A stretch of DNA of 64,000 nucleotides from an uncultured delta proteobacterium (lineage in GTDB: Bacteria > Desulfobacterota > Desulfuromonadia > Geobacterales > Pseudopelobacteraceae): contig CAVYYZ010000001.1 of NCBI GenBank assembly GCA_963772835.1, forward strand, positions 64,001 to 128,000. The letters are read 5' to 3'. Below, one piece after another: positions 1-11,278 of the stretch; the first letter of the stretch is position 1, and every line of letters begins with the position of its first letter. The position numbers and the translations under genes were made by a program. The notes under the pieces were generated by a model, which made no database searches, was not told the origin of the DNA, and worked only from the letters and a program-made list of their open reading frames with translations.

Positions 1-659
1 CCGGCAGTCGTAAATCCATCGTAGAGATGCTCCAGGTTGCCGACACCACCCGACGCAATAACCGGAATAGAAACCGCGTCTACTACGGCACGGGTCAGTT
101 CCAGATCATAGCCGTCCTTGGTGCCGTCACAATCCATGCTGGTCAGAAGAAGTTCGCCGGAGCCATATGTTTCCATCCTGACGGCCCACTCAACAACATC
201 AAGACCGGTCGGTCTGCGCCCACCATGGGTATACACCTCCCATCGATGTTCACCCGGAACCCTGCGGGCATCAATGGCAACCACTGTGCATTGCGAACCG
301 AAGCGTTCGGCGGCTTCCCGTACGAAATCGGGTCGGTCTACCGCAGCCGTATTAATAGAGGTTTTATCCGCTCCGGCGTTGAGCAGGCGACGGATGTCTT
401 CAACTGAGCGGATGCCGCCGCCAACGGTCAGCGGCATAAAAACCCGATCAGCTGTTCTTTGAATGACATCGATGATGATATCGCGATCATCGCTGGAGGC
501 AGTAATGTCCAGAAAAGTGAGCTCATCTGCTCCTTGGCTGTCGTACAGTTCCGCAATCTCCACAGGATCGCCAGCATCACGCAGTTCCAGAAACTGAACC
601 CCCTTGACGACGCGGCCTCCTTTTACATCAAGGCAGGGAATGATACGTTTGGTCAACAT
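1..659 (-). CDS. hisF: Imidazole glycerol phosphate synthase cyclase subunit (3' end outside window)
   Basis: Minus strand from ATG 659 reads [13 protein letters not shown], the HisF N-terminus; overlaps hisA stop; runs off window edge so absent from ORF track. Confidence 0.95.
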   Translation of the reverse strand, partial: MLTKRIIPCLDVKGGRVVKGVQFLELRDAGDPVEIAELYDSQGADELTFLDITASSDDRDIIIDVIQRTADRVFMPLTVGGGIRSVEDIRRLLNAGADKTSINTAAVDRPDFVREAAERFGSQCTVVAIDARRVPGEHRWEVYTHGGRRPTGLDVVEWAVRMETYGSGELLLTSMDCDGTKDGYDLELTRAVVDAVSIPVIASGGVGNLEHLYDGFTTA

Positions 660-1393
660 TTCAGGAGTCGTCCCTTTGTGAGTGCAATTGCTTCATTCAG
701 CTTTATTGCTCCGGTATACACCGCTTTGCCGGTGATAACGCCGGAGACCCCGCAGGATTCAATAGCCATAAGGTTTTCGATGTCTTTCAGGCTTGAAACG
801 CCCCCTGAGGCAATAACAGGTATTGTAACAGCTTCGGCGAGAGCTCTGGTTGCGTCCAGATTCGGCCCCTGCAGCATTCCGTCCCGGGCAATATCAGTGT
901 AGATAATAGCCGAGACACCGAACCCCTCGAACTTTTTGGCAAGATTAATGGCGGTGATGTCGGTCAACTCGGCCCATCCCTGAACCGCTACCATGCCGTT
1001 TTTTGCATCAATTCCAACAACAATTTGTCCCGGAAATTTTGTGCAGGCTTCACGTACCAGGTCAGGATTCCGCTGAGCGGCGGTGCCGATAATAACGCGG
1101 GAAATCCCTAAAGACAGATATGCTTCGATGGTGGCAATGTCGCGTATGCCGCCTCCAAGCTGGGCAGGGATGGAGATCGACTTCAGGATTGCCTCAATAG
1201 CTCCCCTGTTTTTCGGTTGGCCGGCAAAAGCACCGTCAAGGTCTACAATATGCAGCAGTTCAGCTCCCTGTGTCTGCCAGTCCAGAGCCTGTGCACCGGG
1301 GTTGTCGCTGAATACGGTATCCCTATTCATCAGTCCCTGCTCCAGGCGGACACATTTTCCTTCTTTCAAATCTATGGCGGGAATTACTATCAT
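653..1393 (-). CDS. hisA: ProFAR isomerase
   Basis: [38 protein letters not shown] motifs; his operon context. Confidence 0.97.
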   Translation of the reverse strand: MIVIPAIDLKEGKCVRLEQGLMNRDTVFSDNPGAQALDWQTQGAELLHIVDLDGAFAGQPKNRGAIEAILKSISIPAQLGGGIRDIATIEAYLSLGISRVIIGTAAQRNPDLVREACTKFPGQIVVGIDAKNGMVAVQGWAELTDITAINLAKKFEGFGVSAIIYTDIARDGMLQGPNLDATRALAEAVTIPVIASGGVSSLKDIENLMAIESCGVSGVITGKAVYTGAIKLNEAIALTKGRLLKC

Positions 1394-2013
1394 GTCAGCT
1401 CCGCAAAATTTTTCAGTATCTGCAGGCCGATACCCTGCGACTTCTCCGGGTGGAACTGGGTGGCGACAACATTGTCCTTCCAGACTGATGAACAGAATTC
1501 GATGCCGTAGTCAGTCGTTGTGGCGATAACAGTACTGTCATCCGGCTTGACGTAAAAGGAGTGGACGAAGTACACGTTGCTGCCGTCATCGATGCCGTTA
1601 AAAACCGGTGGACGTCGTTTGAAAGAAAGCTGGTTCCAACCCATCTGCGGTACTTTCAGCTTCTCGCCTTCAACCGTCATCCGGTTAGGAAAACGAAGCA
1701 CGTGACCAGGGATAACATTCAGTCCGCAGTACAGACCGAACTCCACACTGTCGGTAAATAAAAGCTGCATTCCGACGCAGATCCCCAAAAAAGGTCTTCC
1801 TTCGGCGATAACCTTCAGAATCGGTTCAACAAACCCACTTTGTTCGAGGTTGTGCATACAGTCGCGAAAGGCACCGACACCGGGCAGCACGATCCTTTCG
1901 GCTTGCAGTACGACCTGCGGGTCGTCGGTAATAATCGCTTCATGGCCAATTTTTTCAAATCCCTTCTGTACTGAGCGCAGGTTCCCCATGCCATAGTCTA
2001 TGATTGCGATCAT
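1390..2013 (-). CDS. hisH: Imidazole glycerol phosphate synthase glutaminase subunit
   Basis: [31 protein letters not shown] motifs. Confidence 0.97.
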   Translation of the reverse strand: MIAIIDYGMGNLRSVQKGFEKIGHEAIITDDPQVVLQAERIVLPGVGAFRDCMHNLEQSGFVEPILKVIAEGRPFLGICVGMQLLFTDSVEFGLYCGLNVIPGHVLRFPNRMTVEGEKLKVPQMGWNQLSFKRRPPVFNGIDDGSNVYFVHSFYVKPDDSTVIATTTDYGIEFCSSVWKDNVVATQFHPEKSQGIGLQILKNFAELT

Positions 2014-2015
2014 AG

Positions 2016-4081
2016 CTAACCGACAATCCGTGAAAAATCGGCAATTTTGCCAAATAATCGGGCAATTGTAGTCAGAAGCGCCAACCGGTTTGTTCGCACC
2101 AGTGGATCTTCGGCCATGACCATGACTTTATCGAAGAAAACGTCCACCGGCCCACGCAACGTAGCTATTTCAGTCAGAGCGTCCAGCCATGCACCGGATA
2201 AGACAAGGCGGTCTGCAGAGAGTTTTACCGATTGGATCGCTTCATATAAACAGGCCTCGGCATTATCCTGAAAAAGTGCCGGATCGACGGGAGCGTCAAC
2301 CCCTTCCTTGATGATATTACCGACACGTTTGAATGCCACAGTCAGCGGCTCAAAGTCCGGGTGGGTTTTAAATTCAGCCAACGCCGCAATACGGGCTCTG
2401 ACATCGACGAGGTCATCGAATCCGGCAGCAACAGCGGCTTCGACCGCATCCGTAGCAAACGAACTTCCGAGCAGGTTGCAGAATCGTGCCCGGAAAAACT
2501 CCAGTACATCCTTAGCGGCTTGCTCTTTCGGCCGGGTCAACTTTGTGGACAGAAGCTCAAGAGCCTGATCGACCATTGAGCCGAGCGACAGTCGGTAACC
2601 TCTGTCTAGTATGATGACAATGATGCCGATGGTTGCACGCCTCAGTGCATACGGGTCGGCAGCGCCGGTCGGTATGAGGCCGACGCCGAAACAGCCGCAG
2701 ATGGTGTCCATTTTGTCCGCTATCGATACAAAGGCGCCGCAGTCTGATGCGGGGAGCTCTCCCCCCGCCTGGGTCGGCAGATAATGTTCGGCGATCGCAT
2801 TCGCCACTTCTGCCGGCTCACCTTCCAGTAGAGCATACTCACGCCCCATGATCCCCTGCACCTCGGGAAATTCTCCGACCATGCCCGAAACCAGATCGGC
2901 CTTGCACAGCCATGCGGCCCGTGATACCCGGGTCTTGACGGCAGGATTAAGCAGTTCGGCCAGCCCTTCAGCCAGTGACTTGAAGCGTTCCATTTTCTCG
3001 AAGGATGTTCCCAGTTTCTGCTGGTAGACAACTTTTTTGAGTGATTGCACCCGCTCATCAAGGCGAATTTTTTGATCCTCCTCAAAGAAAAAACGGGCAT
3101 CGGATAATCGGGCGCGCAGAACACGCTCGTTTCCTTTGACTACAACGGACGGATCATCGGTCAGGGTGTTGTTGATGGTAATAAAGCCGGGCAGTAGCCC
3201 TCCGTTGGCATCAACAATCGAAAAGTAGCGCTGATGGCTGCGCATTGAGGTGATCAGCACCTCTTTGGGAACCTTCAAAAATTCGGGTGAGAATGTGCCA
3301 TGAACGACGCTTGGATATTCTACCAGATAGGTGACCTGCTCCAGCAGTTCTTCATCGGGCAGCAGATGTCCACCGGAAGCCGCTGCGACCCGGTGCGTTT
3401 CCCGGCGAATGATCTCCTTGCGTTTTTCCGGATCCGGGATAACAAAATGCCGCTCGCATTCTTCCAGATAATGGGCAAAATCACTCACCGGGAAGGTGGT
3501 ATTGGCCATAAATCTGTGTCCGCGCGAGATCTTTCCGCTCTCAATCGTGCCAAAGGAAAAGGGTACAATCGTGCCGTCAAACAGTGCAACAATCCAGTGG
3601 ATCGGTCGGGCGAAACGTACCTCCTGATCCCCCCAGCGCATCGATTTTTTGAAGGGAATATTCGCAACCAGTGCCGGCAGGATCTCAGTCAACAGCTCGT
3701 AGGTCGGTCGGCCGGCCTCATGTTTGCTTACGAACAGGTATTCACCTTTTTCGGTAGTAATTGTTTGCAGGGCCGAAACATCAACTCCCTGACCACGGGC
3801 AAAGCCCTCGGCGGCTTTGGTCGGTTTGCCGGAAGGATCGTAGGCCGCCTTAACTGACGGACCGGTGGCGGTGATCTCGGCGTCAGGCTGAACAGACGGA
3901 ATGCCCGTTACTACCAGCGCCAGGCGCCGCGGAGTTGCGAGGGTTTTGATCCCGCTGAATGAGAGGCGTGCGACTGCAAGCTCTTTGGTGATTATTGCTT
4001 TCATCTCCGCGACAGCGCGCGGTATAAATCCGGCAGGTATCTCTTCGCAGCCGATTTCAAGGAACAGTTCTTTTGTATTCA

Positions 4082-4082
<1 letters not shown>
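2016..4082 (-). CDS. glyS: Glycine-tRNA ligase beta subunit
   Basis: ELFLEIGCEEIP, TPRRLA, SMRWG, FARPIHW; start set to ATG 4082 overlapping the glyQ stop (TGATG). Confidence 0.97.
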
Positions 4083-4960
<878 letters not shown>

Positions 4961-5078
4961 GCATGTACCTCCGGATGGGGAGTGTGAAAGTATTGACACA
5001 GAAAAGAAGGGTAACTATTAGCAGGAATAGTGGCTTTGGTCAAGTTTGCGAAGAAGGAGATCGGTAAATCGATGTGCA

Positions 5079-5774
5079 TCAGCGGGAGGTCGATGGCTTC
5101 AGGAGCAATGCGAGAGATTCAACAATATATGTAGCCTGGTCAAGCCTGTCGGCAGGATAACTGTTTGTGACGGCACACACCTGTAATCCTGCCGATCTGG
5201 CTGAGGAGATTCCGGCAGGCGTATCTTCTATCGCCATTGTCGTCTCTTTAGAAAAATCGTATTGTCCCGATGACAGCAGTTGTTGGAAGGCAAGCTGGTA
5301 ACATTCAGGATCAGGCTTGCTTGCTGCGACATCGTCAGCTGTAACGATAGCATCAAAATAGTCAGTTATGCCGAGCATTGCCAGAATAGGATCAATATCA
5401 GATCTGAGCGCCCCGCTGCAAATCGCCAACGGAATGTTGTTCCTGTGCAGATGAATGATCAGATCCACTACTCCCGGATAAGAGGAAACACCGGAGCGGA
5501 TGACCTCATTGAAAAAAGCAGCTTTCTGTTTAATCAGTCCATGCAGGTTCTCCTGGTCAAGTATCATTCCTTTGGATGAAAAGGCGTGCCTGAATGCATC
5601 CCGATCATCAAAACCGATGTAGGTCTCAACGTACTCCTGCCAGGAAAAATGTAACCCGAGCGGCTCCAATGCCCGCTGAAACGCAGCATAGTGAAGCGGT
5701 TCCGTATCAACAACAACGCCGTCAAAATCAAAAATAACGGCTTCTACCTTACATCCGTCAGGAAAAAAAATCAT
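5079..5774 (-). CDS. HAD-superfamily hydrolase (beta-phosphoglucomutase/CbbY-like)
   Basis: FDFDGVVVDTE motif I, KPDPE, IEDT; start uncertain, ATG 5774 chosen. Confidence 0.85.
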   Translation of the reverse strand: MIFFPDGCKVEAVIFDFDGVVVDTEPLHYAAFQRALEPLGLHFSWQEYVETYIGFDDRDAFRHAFSSKGMILDQENLHGLIKQKAAFFNEVIRSGVSSYPGVVDLIIHLHRNNIPLAICSGALRSDIDPILAMLGITDYFDAIVTADDVAASKPDPECYQLAFQQLLSSGQYDFSKETTMAIEDTPAGISSARSAGLQVCAVTNSYPADRLDQATYIVESLALLLKPSTSR

Positions 5775-6006
5775 GGATTCCACTGCCCCGCTGCCTGTCT
5801 TTATGTGTTGCTCCAGATCGCAAAATAGCATTTGCGTAGTTCGTAAAACAATAAAAAATCCGCCGACAGATCGGTTCAACATGATTTTTAGAATATTTCA
5901 TGCTTAAATTTAGTGTTGACGATTTGTTATTATGCTCTATTATTTGAGAGTGTTTTTACCGGATACCGGTGCAAACGCTGAATATCATACATTCGAGGAG
6001 GCAGAG

Positions 6007-7011
6007 ATGGCGTTACGAGTTGCAATTAACGGGTTCGGCAGGATTGGCAGAATGGTACTGAGAGCAGCAAGCAAAGACAAAAATATTGAATTTGTAGCGA
6101 TTAACGATCTGACCGATGCAGCTACCCTGGCTCACCTTTTCAAATATGATTCAGTACACGGTACCTTTCCCGGCACGGTCGAGGCAAAAGACAACCAGCT
6201 CGTCATTAACGGTAAGGCCATAAAAATCTACGCCGTGCGAAACCCCGCAGAACTCCCGTGGAAAAAAGATAAGATTGATGTTGTACTTGAATCAACCGGT
6301 ATATTTACTTCCAGAGAAAAAGCTGAAATGCATATTCAGGCGGGTGCAAAAAAGGTCGTTATTTCAGCACCGGCTACCAATGAGGACATTACTATCGTCA
6401 TGGGTGTTAACGATCATCTGTATGACCCGAAAAAGCATGCAATTATTTCGAATGCGTCGTGTACAACCAATTGCCTTGCTCCTGTAGCAAAAGTATTGAA
6501 TGATACGTTCGGCATAGAGAAGGGATTGATTACGACGGTTCACTCTTATACAAATGACCAGAATATCCTCGATCTGCCTCATAAAGATCTGCGCCGGGCG
6601 AGAGCCGCTGCCATGTCAATGATTCCGACGACCACTGGAGCGGCAAAAGCAGTTTCTCTCGTGTTGCCTGAACTGAAAGGCAAGTTGGACGGTATGGCAA
6701 TTCGTGTGCCGACTCCAAATGTCTCAGTCGTTGATCTGGTCGTAACTGTGACAAAAAAAACAGATGCTGCCAAAGTGAACGCAGCCTTGAAAAAGGCATC
6801 CAAGGGGGTACTTAAAGGTATTTTAGGCTTTGAGGAGGCACCGCTCGTTTCAATTGATTTTAATGGCAACCCTTTGTCATCAATTGTTGATGCCTCCTGT
6901 ACAAAGGTTATTGGCGAATCGATGGTAAAGGTGCTCGCCTGGTACGACAACGAATGCGGATTTTCAAACCGCGTGGTTGACCTCTTCCGCTTAATCGCTT
7001 CAAAAAAATAG
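6007..7011 (+). CDS. gap: Type I glyceraldehyde-3-phosphate dehydrogenase
   Basis: [22 protein letters not shown] active site; ATG 6007 after GAGGAGG. Confidence 0.98.
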   Translation: MALRVAINGFGRIGRMVLRAASKDKNIEFVAINDLTDAATLAHLFKYDSVHGTFPGTVEAKDNQLVINGKAIKIYAVRNPAELPWKKDKIDVVLESTGIFTSREKAEMHIQAGAKKVVISAPATNEDITIVMGVNDHLYDPKKHAIISNASCTTNCLAPVAKVLNDTFGIEKGLITTVHSYTNDQNILDLPHKDLRRARAAAMSMIPTTTGAAKAVSLVLPELKGKLDGMAIRVPTPNVSVVDLVVTVTKKTDAAKVNAALKKASKGVLKGILGFEEAPLVSIDFNGNPLSSIVDASCTKVIGESMVKVLAWYDNECGFSNRVVDLFRLIASKK

Positions 7012-7033
7012 CAACAGATCAGTACGTAAGGAG

Positions 7034-7060
7034 GAGGGGGATTATTCCCCCTCTTTTTTT
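7034..7060 (+). terminator. Intrinsic terminator/attenuator between gap and pgk
   Basis: GAGGGGG-ATTATT-CCCCCTC followed by T7. Confidence 0.8.
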
Positions 7061-7098
7061 GCCGCTCTCGAAATATACTATAAATATGGAGGTCAACC

Positions 7099-8295
7099 GT
7101 GTCGATTCGATATATCGATGAAATTAAGAATCTGAAGGGTAAAAAGGTTTTCATTCGTGTTGATTTCAACATTCCCCAGGACGACAAAGGAACCATTACT
7201 GAAGATACTCGAATCGTCGGCGCGGTCCCGACAATTAAATACGCTCTGGAACAGGGTGCAAAAGTTGTTCTGGCCTCCCATCTTGGCCGCCCCAAGGGAG
7301 AGAAAAAAGCTAAATACAGTATGGCCCCGGCCACGGCACGACTTTCTGAACTGCTTGGCAAACCGGTGACCCAGGCGCCGGACTGTTTCGGGCCTGATGT
7401 GGATGTCCTTATAAATGCCATGAAACCGGGCGAGGCGGTCATGCTTGAAAATGTCCGTTTCTATCCAGGCGAGGAAAAAAACGATGCCTCCTTCGCTGAA
7501 AAGCTGGCCAATGGATGCGAAATTTACGTCAATGACGCTTTTGCTGTGTCACATCGCGCGCATGCATCTGTTGAAGCGATTACCAGGAATATCCCTGTAA
7601 TTGCGGCCGGTTTTCTGATGAGAAATGAAATGACTTTTTTTGACAAGGCAATGCAGAATCCTGTCAGGCCGCTTGTCGCGATTCTGGGCGGCGCTAAGGT
7701 CTCCGGGAAACTCGAGGTTCTTGAAACACTTATAAATAAAGTAGACAAGGTCGTTATCGGTGGTGGCATGGCGTTCACCTTCCTGAAGGCCATGGGTTAT
7801 AACGTTGGTAAGTCCCTTGTAGAGGATGAATTGATACCTACTGCCCGTACCATCATGGAAACGGCACGCACCAAAGGAGTCATGTTCTATCTTCCGGTGG
7901 ACTGCGTTGTTGCTAATGCTTTTGAGGCAAACGCAACCAACTTCATCACCACTGCTCAGGAAATACCCGCTGGATGGATGGCACTTGATATCGGACCGGC
8001 AACGACAACTCTGTTCGCTGAAACTTTGCGTGACGCAAAAACCGTTATATGGAATGGCCCAATGGGTGTCTTTGAAATGGATGCCTTTTGCAGGGGAACG
8101 TATGCGATGGCTGAAGCGGTTGCAAACTGCTTTGCCACCACTATAATCGGAGGTGGAGATACAGACTCAGCCGTCCGCAAAGCCGGAGTGGAAAACCGGG
8201 TCAGTTATATATCAACCGGAGGAGGGGCCTTTCTGGAATTGTTGGAGGGGAAAACACTGCCCGGGGTCAATGCACTCGAAGTCACAGCTAAATGA
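7099..8295 (+). CDS. pgk: Phosphoglycerate kinase
   Basis: [45 protein letters not shown]. Confidence 0.98.
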   Translation: MSIRYIDEIKNLKGKKVFIRVDFNIPQDDKGTITEDTRIVGAVPTIKYALEQGAKVVLASHLGRPKGEKKAKYSMAPATARLSELLGKPVTQAPDCFGPDVDVLINAMKPGEAVMLENVRFYPGEEKNDASFAEKLANGCEIYVNDAFAVSHRAHASVEAITRNIPVIAAGFLMRNEMTFFDKAMQNPVRPLVAILGGAKVSGKLEVLETLINKVDKVVIGGGMAFTFLKAMGYNVGKSLVEDELIPTARTIMETARTKGVMFYLPVDCVVANAFEANATNFITTAQEIPAGWMALDIGPATTTLFAETLRDAKTVIWNGPMGVFEMDAFCRGTYAMAEAVANCFATTIIGGGDTDSAVRKAGVENRVSYISTGGGAFLELLEGKTLPGVNALEVTAK

Positions 8296-8308
8296 AAAGG
8301 GGACACTG

Positions 8309-9064
8309 ATGAGAACACCGGTTATTGCAGGAAACTGGAAGCTCTTTAAATCGATCGCTGAATCGGTCGCTCTGGTTCAACAACTTAAGCCGCTCGTGGC
8401 GAACTGTCAGGGTGTAGAAATCGTTGTTGCGCCTGTTTTTACCGCTTTGAGCCGCGTTAGTGATGCTATTGAAGGCTCAAACGTCAGGATGGCTGCTCAG
8501 GATTGTTATTGGGAGGAGGAAGGGGCTTTTACGGGAGAAGTGGCTCCGAAACTGTTGAAAGACGCCGGATGCAGTTACGTTATAATAGGACATTCAGAGC
8601 GGCGGCAGTTTTTTGGTGAGTCGGATCTGACCGTCAGCAGGAAAGCCAAGGCCGTCATCGCAGCCGGGTTATGCGCCATCGTCTGCGTAGGGGAGTCATT
8701 GGCCGAACGGGAATCAGGCCAGACTTTTTCAGTCATAGAATCACAGGTTAAAGGAAGTCTGGCAAGTCTTGGGACAGAGTCATTTACCCATGTCATACTT
8801 GCATACGAGCCTGTGTGGGCTATCGGTACAGGAAAAACGGCCAGTGATACCCAGGCTCAAGAAGTTCACGTTTTCATCCGGAAATTGCTTGCCGGACAGT
8901 TTGGTCAGTCGGTAGCCGATGCTACTCGCATACTTTATGGTGGCAGTGTAAAGCCTGATAACGTCAAAGGGCTGATGGCTCAAGCTGACATTGACGGTGC
9001 TCTTGTAGGCGGAGCGAGTCTTAATGCAGAATCTTTTGCGGCAATTGCCAATTTTAACTCTTGA
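8309..9064 (+). CDS. tpiA: Triosephosphate isomerase
   Basis: IAGNWK, GHSERR, AYEPVWAIGTG, LVGGASL; start ATG 8309. Confidence 0.98.
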   Translation: MRTPVIAGNWKLFKSIAESVALVQQLKPLVANCQGVEIVVAPVFTALSRVSDAIEGSNVRMAAQDCYWEEEGAFTGEVAPKLLKDAGCSYVIIGHSERRQFFGESDLTVSRKAKAVIAAGLCAIVCVGESLAERESGQTFSVIESQVKGSLASLGTESFTHVILAYEPVWAIGTGKTASDTQAQEVHVFIRKLLAGQFGQSVADATRILYGGSVKPDNVKGLMAQADIDGALVGGASLNAESFAAIANFNS

Positions 9065-9174
9065 CCTGTACCAGGCTGTTGATCTGTTTATACGGTTGCT
9101 TCACTTATAACTTTACAGCAAGTAAATTGCTGTGCTATAAATTTTCTCTTTAAATCGCTGCAAGGGGATCCGGT

Positions 9175-9537
9175 ATGACAATTGTTCTTACAATTCTGCA
9201 TGTAATCGTTAGTCTATTTTTAATAGGTGTTGTATTGTTGCAATCCGGAAAGGGTGCTGAAATGGGCGCATCATTCGGAAGCAGTGGCAGCCAGTCTGTT
9301 TTTGGAGCAGGGGGGGGGACTTCCTTTCTGAGTAAATTAACAACCAGCGCTGCTGTTATCTTTATGTTGACTTCACTGACTCTGGCATATCTTTCCGGTC
9401 AGCCTTCATCTTCCTCTATGATGTCTGGTAAAGGGAAAACAGCACCAGAGCAGGCACCAATTGCTGCACCGGCTCCTCAGAAAGCAGATTCGGTTCCTGC
9501 TCCCGTTTCTCCTGCTGCCCCTGCTCAGAAAAAATAA
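9175..9537 (+). CDS. secG: Preprotein translocase subunit SecG
   Basis: Two hydrophobic helices, VLLQSGKGA motif, tpiA-secG-tRNA-Leu order. Confidence 0.95.
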   Translation: MTIVLTILHVIVSLFLIGVVLLQSGKGAEMGASFGSSGSQSVFGAGGGTSFLSKLTTSAAVIFMLTSLTLAYLSGQPSSSSMMSGKGKTAPEQAPIAAPAPQKADSVPAPVSPAAPAQKK

Positions 9538-9653
9538 TATTTACACTTGAAAAAGCTGAATGGCTGTGTTAGAGATACCGCCCATTGTTTAGATAACAGC
9601 GTTAAAATTTTAGACTCTATATAGGTGTACACGGTATTTTGTGTACTCTGCTT

Positions 9654-9740
9654 GCGGTGGTGGCGGAACTGGTAGACGCACCAGCTTGAGGGGCTGGCGG
9701 GGGCAACTCCGTGATGGTTCGATTCCATTCCACCGCACCA
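9654..9740 (+). tRNA. tRNA-Leu(GAG)
   Basis: GCGGTGG acceptor, CCAGC-TTGAGGG-GCTGG anticodon arm, long variable arm, GTTCGATT T-loop, CCA end. Confidence 0.96.
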
Positions 9741-9765
9741 GTTAAATATCCGGCACATCCGGATT

Positions 9766-9805
9766 ATAAACAAAAGGCCCTGAGAAATCAGGGCCTTTTG
9801 TTTAT
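9766..9805. terminator. Likely bidirectional terminator after tRNA-Leu
   Basis: Perfect 18-bp inverted repeat ATAAACAAAAGGCCCTGA-GAAA-TCAGGGCCTTTTGTTTAT. Confidence 0.8.
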
Positions 9806-9970
9806 TGTTGGTCTTATGTCTTCATCTTCCAGGCGATTCCTAAGAACCTCTCGCTATGATGTGAATGGAGCATTGTAGGGCAAAGAATGACTCTTGCGTC
9901 GTGATTATATAATGCAGTAGTCTGAAGCCTATACACATTTCAAACTCAATTCCAGCGCCAATAACCCCAC

Positions 9971-10010
9971 AAAAAAAAGACCTAACCGCAATTGGTTAAG
10001 TCCCTGTTTA
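9971..10010 (-). terminator. Terminator after tRNA-Arg(TCT)
   Basis: Minus strand GACTTAACC-AATTGC-GGTTAGGTC followed by T8. Confidence 0.7.
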
Positions 10011-10087
<77 letters not shown>

Positions 10088-10200
10088 ATTAATAAAGCGG
10101 CAATTGATTGAGTGCCGCTTCCTTGTTATCTTTCAGCTGGCAGGACTATATAATTCATAGTCCCTTTTGTCAAGGTTTGTAGCCGGTTATGGGGAAAAAT

Positions 10201-10240
10201 AAAAAAATCTGATAACCCTTTTTGTTCGAGTTATCAGATT
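10201..10240 (-). terminator. Terminator after tRNA-Arg(TCG)
   Basis: AATCTGATAAC...GTTATCAGATT 11-bp inverted repeat with T-tract on the minus strand. Confidence 0.7.
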
Positions 10241-10249
10241 CATGTTGTT

Positions 10250-10326
10250 TGGTACGCCCGGACCGATTCGAACGGCCGACACCCAGGTTCGAAGCCTGGT
10301 GCTCTATCCAGCTGAGCTACGGGCGC
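10250..10326 (-). tRNA. tRNA-Arg(TCG)
   Basis: GCGCCCGTAGCTCAGCTGGATAGAGC, CCAGG-CTTCGAA-CCTGG anticodon arm, GTTCGAATC, CCA. Confidence 0.95.
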
Positions 10327-10662
10327 GAATGGTTTCTATGATTTTTTGCAGAGGTAGATTCAGCAATTAATAGTTGACCCTTTAGCCGATCATACTGCGA
10401 CCAAACATATATCCTGTTCGACCCTAAAAGTCAAAGGCTCTTCTCATTAATCCAGTTTCTTATGGACTTTAATGGGATCTTAATTTCCCGAACGCAGGTA
10501 TATGTGCGACAAATCGTCATCTGGAACATTTTTCCCGAGTTTAGTCGGGCTGCAAGCCTCACCTCTGCATGGACAAGCAACCCATTCAAACCCAAAGGGA
10601 GGGCAGCAGGTGTCACGAAACTCCGGACTGTGAAACCGTTCTGATACAACAGTACGTGAAAA

Positions 10663-10896
10663 TTAGAAGGCGGTCAGTGCGGAGCGTATCCTCAACTCAA
10701 GCTTCTCGCAAGGCAAGTCATTTTGCAGGGCACTCAGTTCAGATTTATAGATCAACACACTGACCATTTGGCTGCCGGAGTATAGGTGCAGGAGGTGCAC
10801 ATCAAGACAGCCAACGGTTGAACCTTCAATTACATTGACCTTCGTTAGCTGTATCCCGATTTGAGCCGCAAGATCGGTAGCATATTTTTCTATCAT
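10663..10896 (-). CDS. Hypothetical 77-aa protein
   Basis: ATG start with upstream GGAA, globular-protein-like composition, sits in an otherwise non-coding gap. Confidence 0.65.
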   Translation of the reverse strand: MIEKYATDLAAQIGIQLTKVNVIEGSTVGCLDVHLLHLYSGSQMVSVLIYKSELSALQNDLPCEKLELRIRSALTAF

Positions 10897-10987
10897 TTGT
10901 CACGTTTCCAAGTGTGAATTAATAATAAAGTAACGAAACCCCGGCTTTGATGGTGACTGGATCCGGTGCTGTGAAAGGAGGTGTCCT

Positions 10988-11041
10988 TTGAGCTATACAG
11001 GTAAGTATTCTAATGAACAAGACTATTTTTATTCATTCTAA
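10988..11041 (+). CDS. Candidate 17-aa micro-ORF (MSYTGKYSNEQDYFYSF)
   Basis: TTG start just after AAAGGAGGTG (10974-10983); TAA at 11039-11041. Confidence 0.3.
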   Translation: MSYTGKYSNEQDYFYSF

Positions 11042-11278
11042 TCCATATACGTGCGGCTCATTTAAGTCTGGTGCCCCATTCAGATGGGCAACGGGACCGA
11101 TCTCTTATTGAACGAGCTCTATTTGGCGGGGAGTTTACAAAAGCGTATGGAATTGTTGGGCCAGAGTTACATCAGTTACGTTTGAGAATATGATATTGAA
11201 GTCAGATTTGCTTACAATACGTTTGGCTGATACGTAAAGATGCTACGTCACGGCAGAAGCTTGAATCTGGTGTAATAG

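Noticed and set aside
6579..7442. 287-aa antisense ORF over gap/pgk, and the many similar shadow ORFs in the track
   Set aside because: Antisense to highly conserved genes with no motifs; an expected by-product of codon bias
10365..10395. Sigma28-like GCCGATCA box
   Set aside because: No correctly spaced TAAA -35 element and no clear downstream gene
10431..10660. Short ORFs and a CCCGA-GTTTAG-TCGGG hairpin between tRNA-Arg and the 77-aa gene
   Set aside because: No RBS, motif or recognisable RNA family; insufficient support
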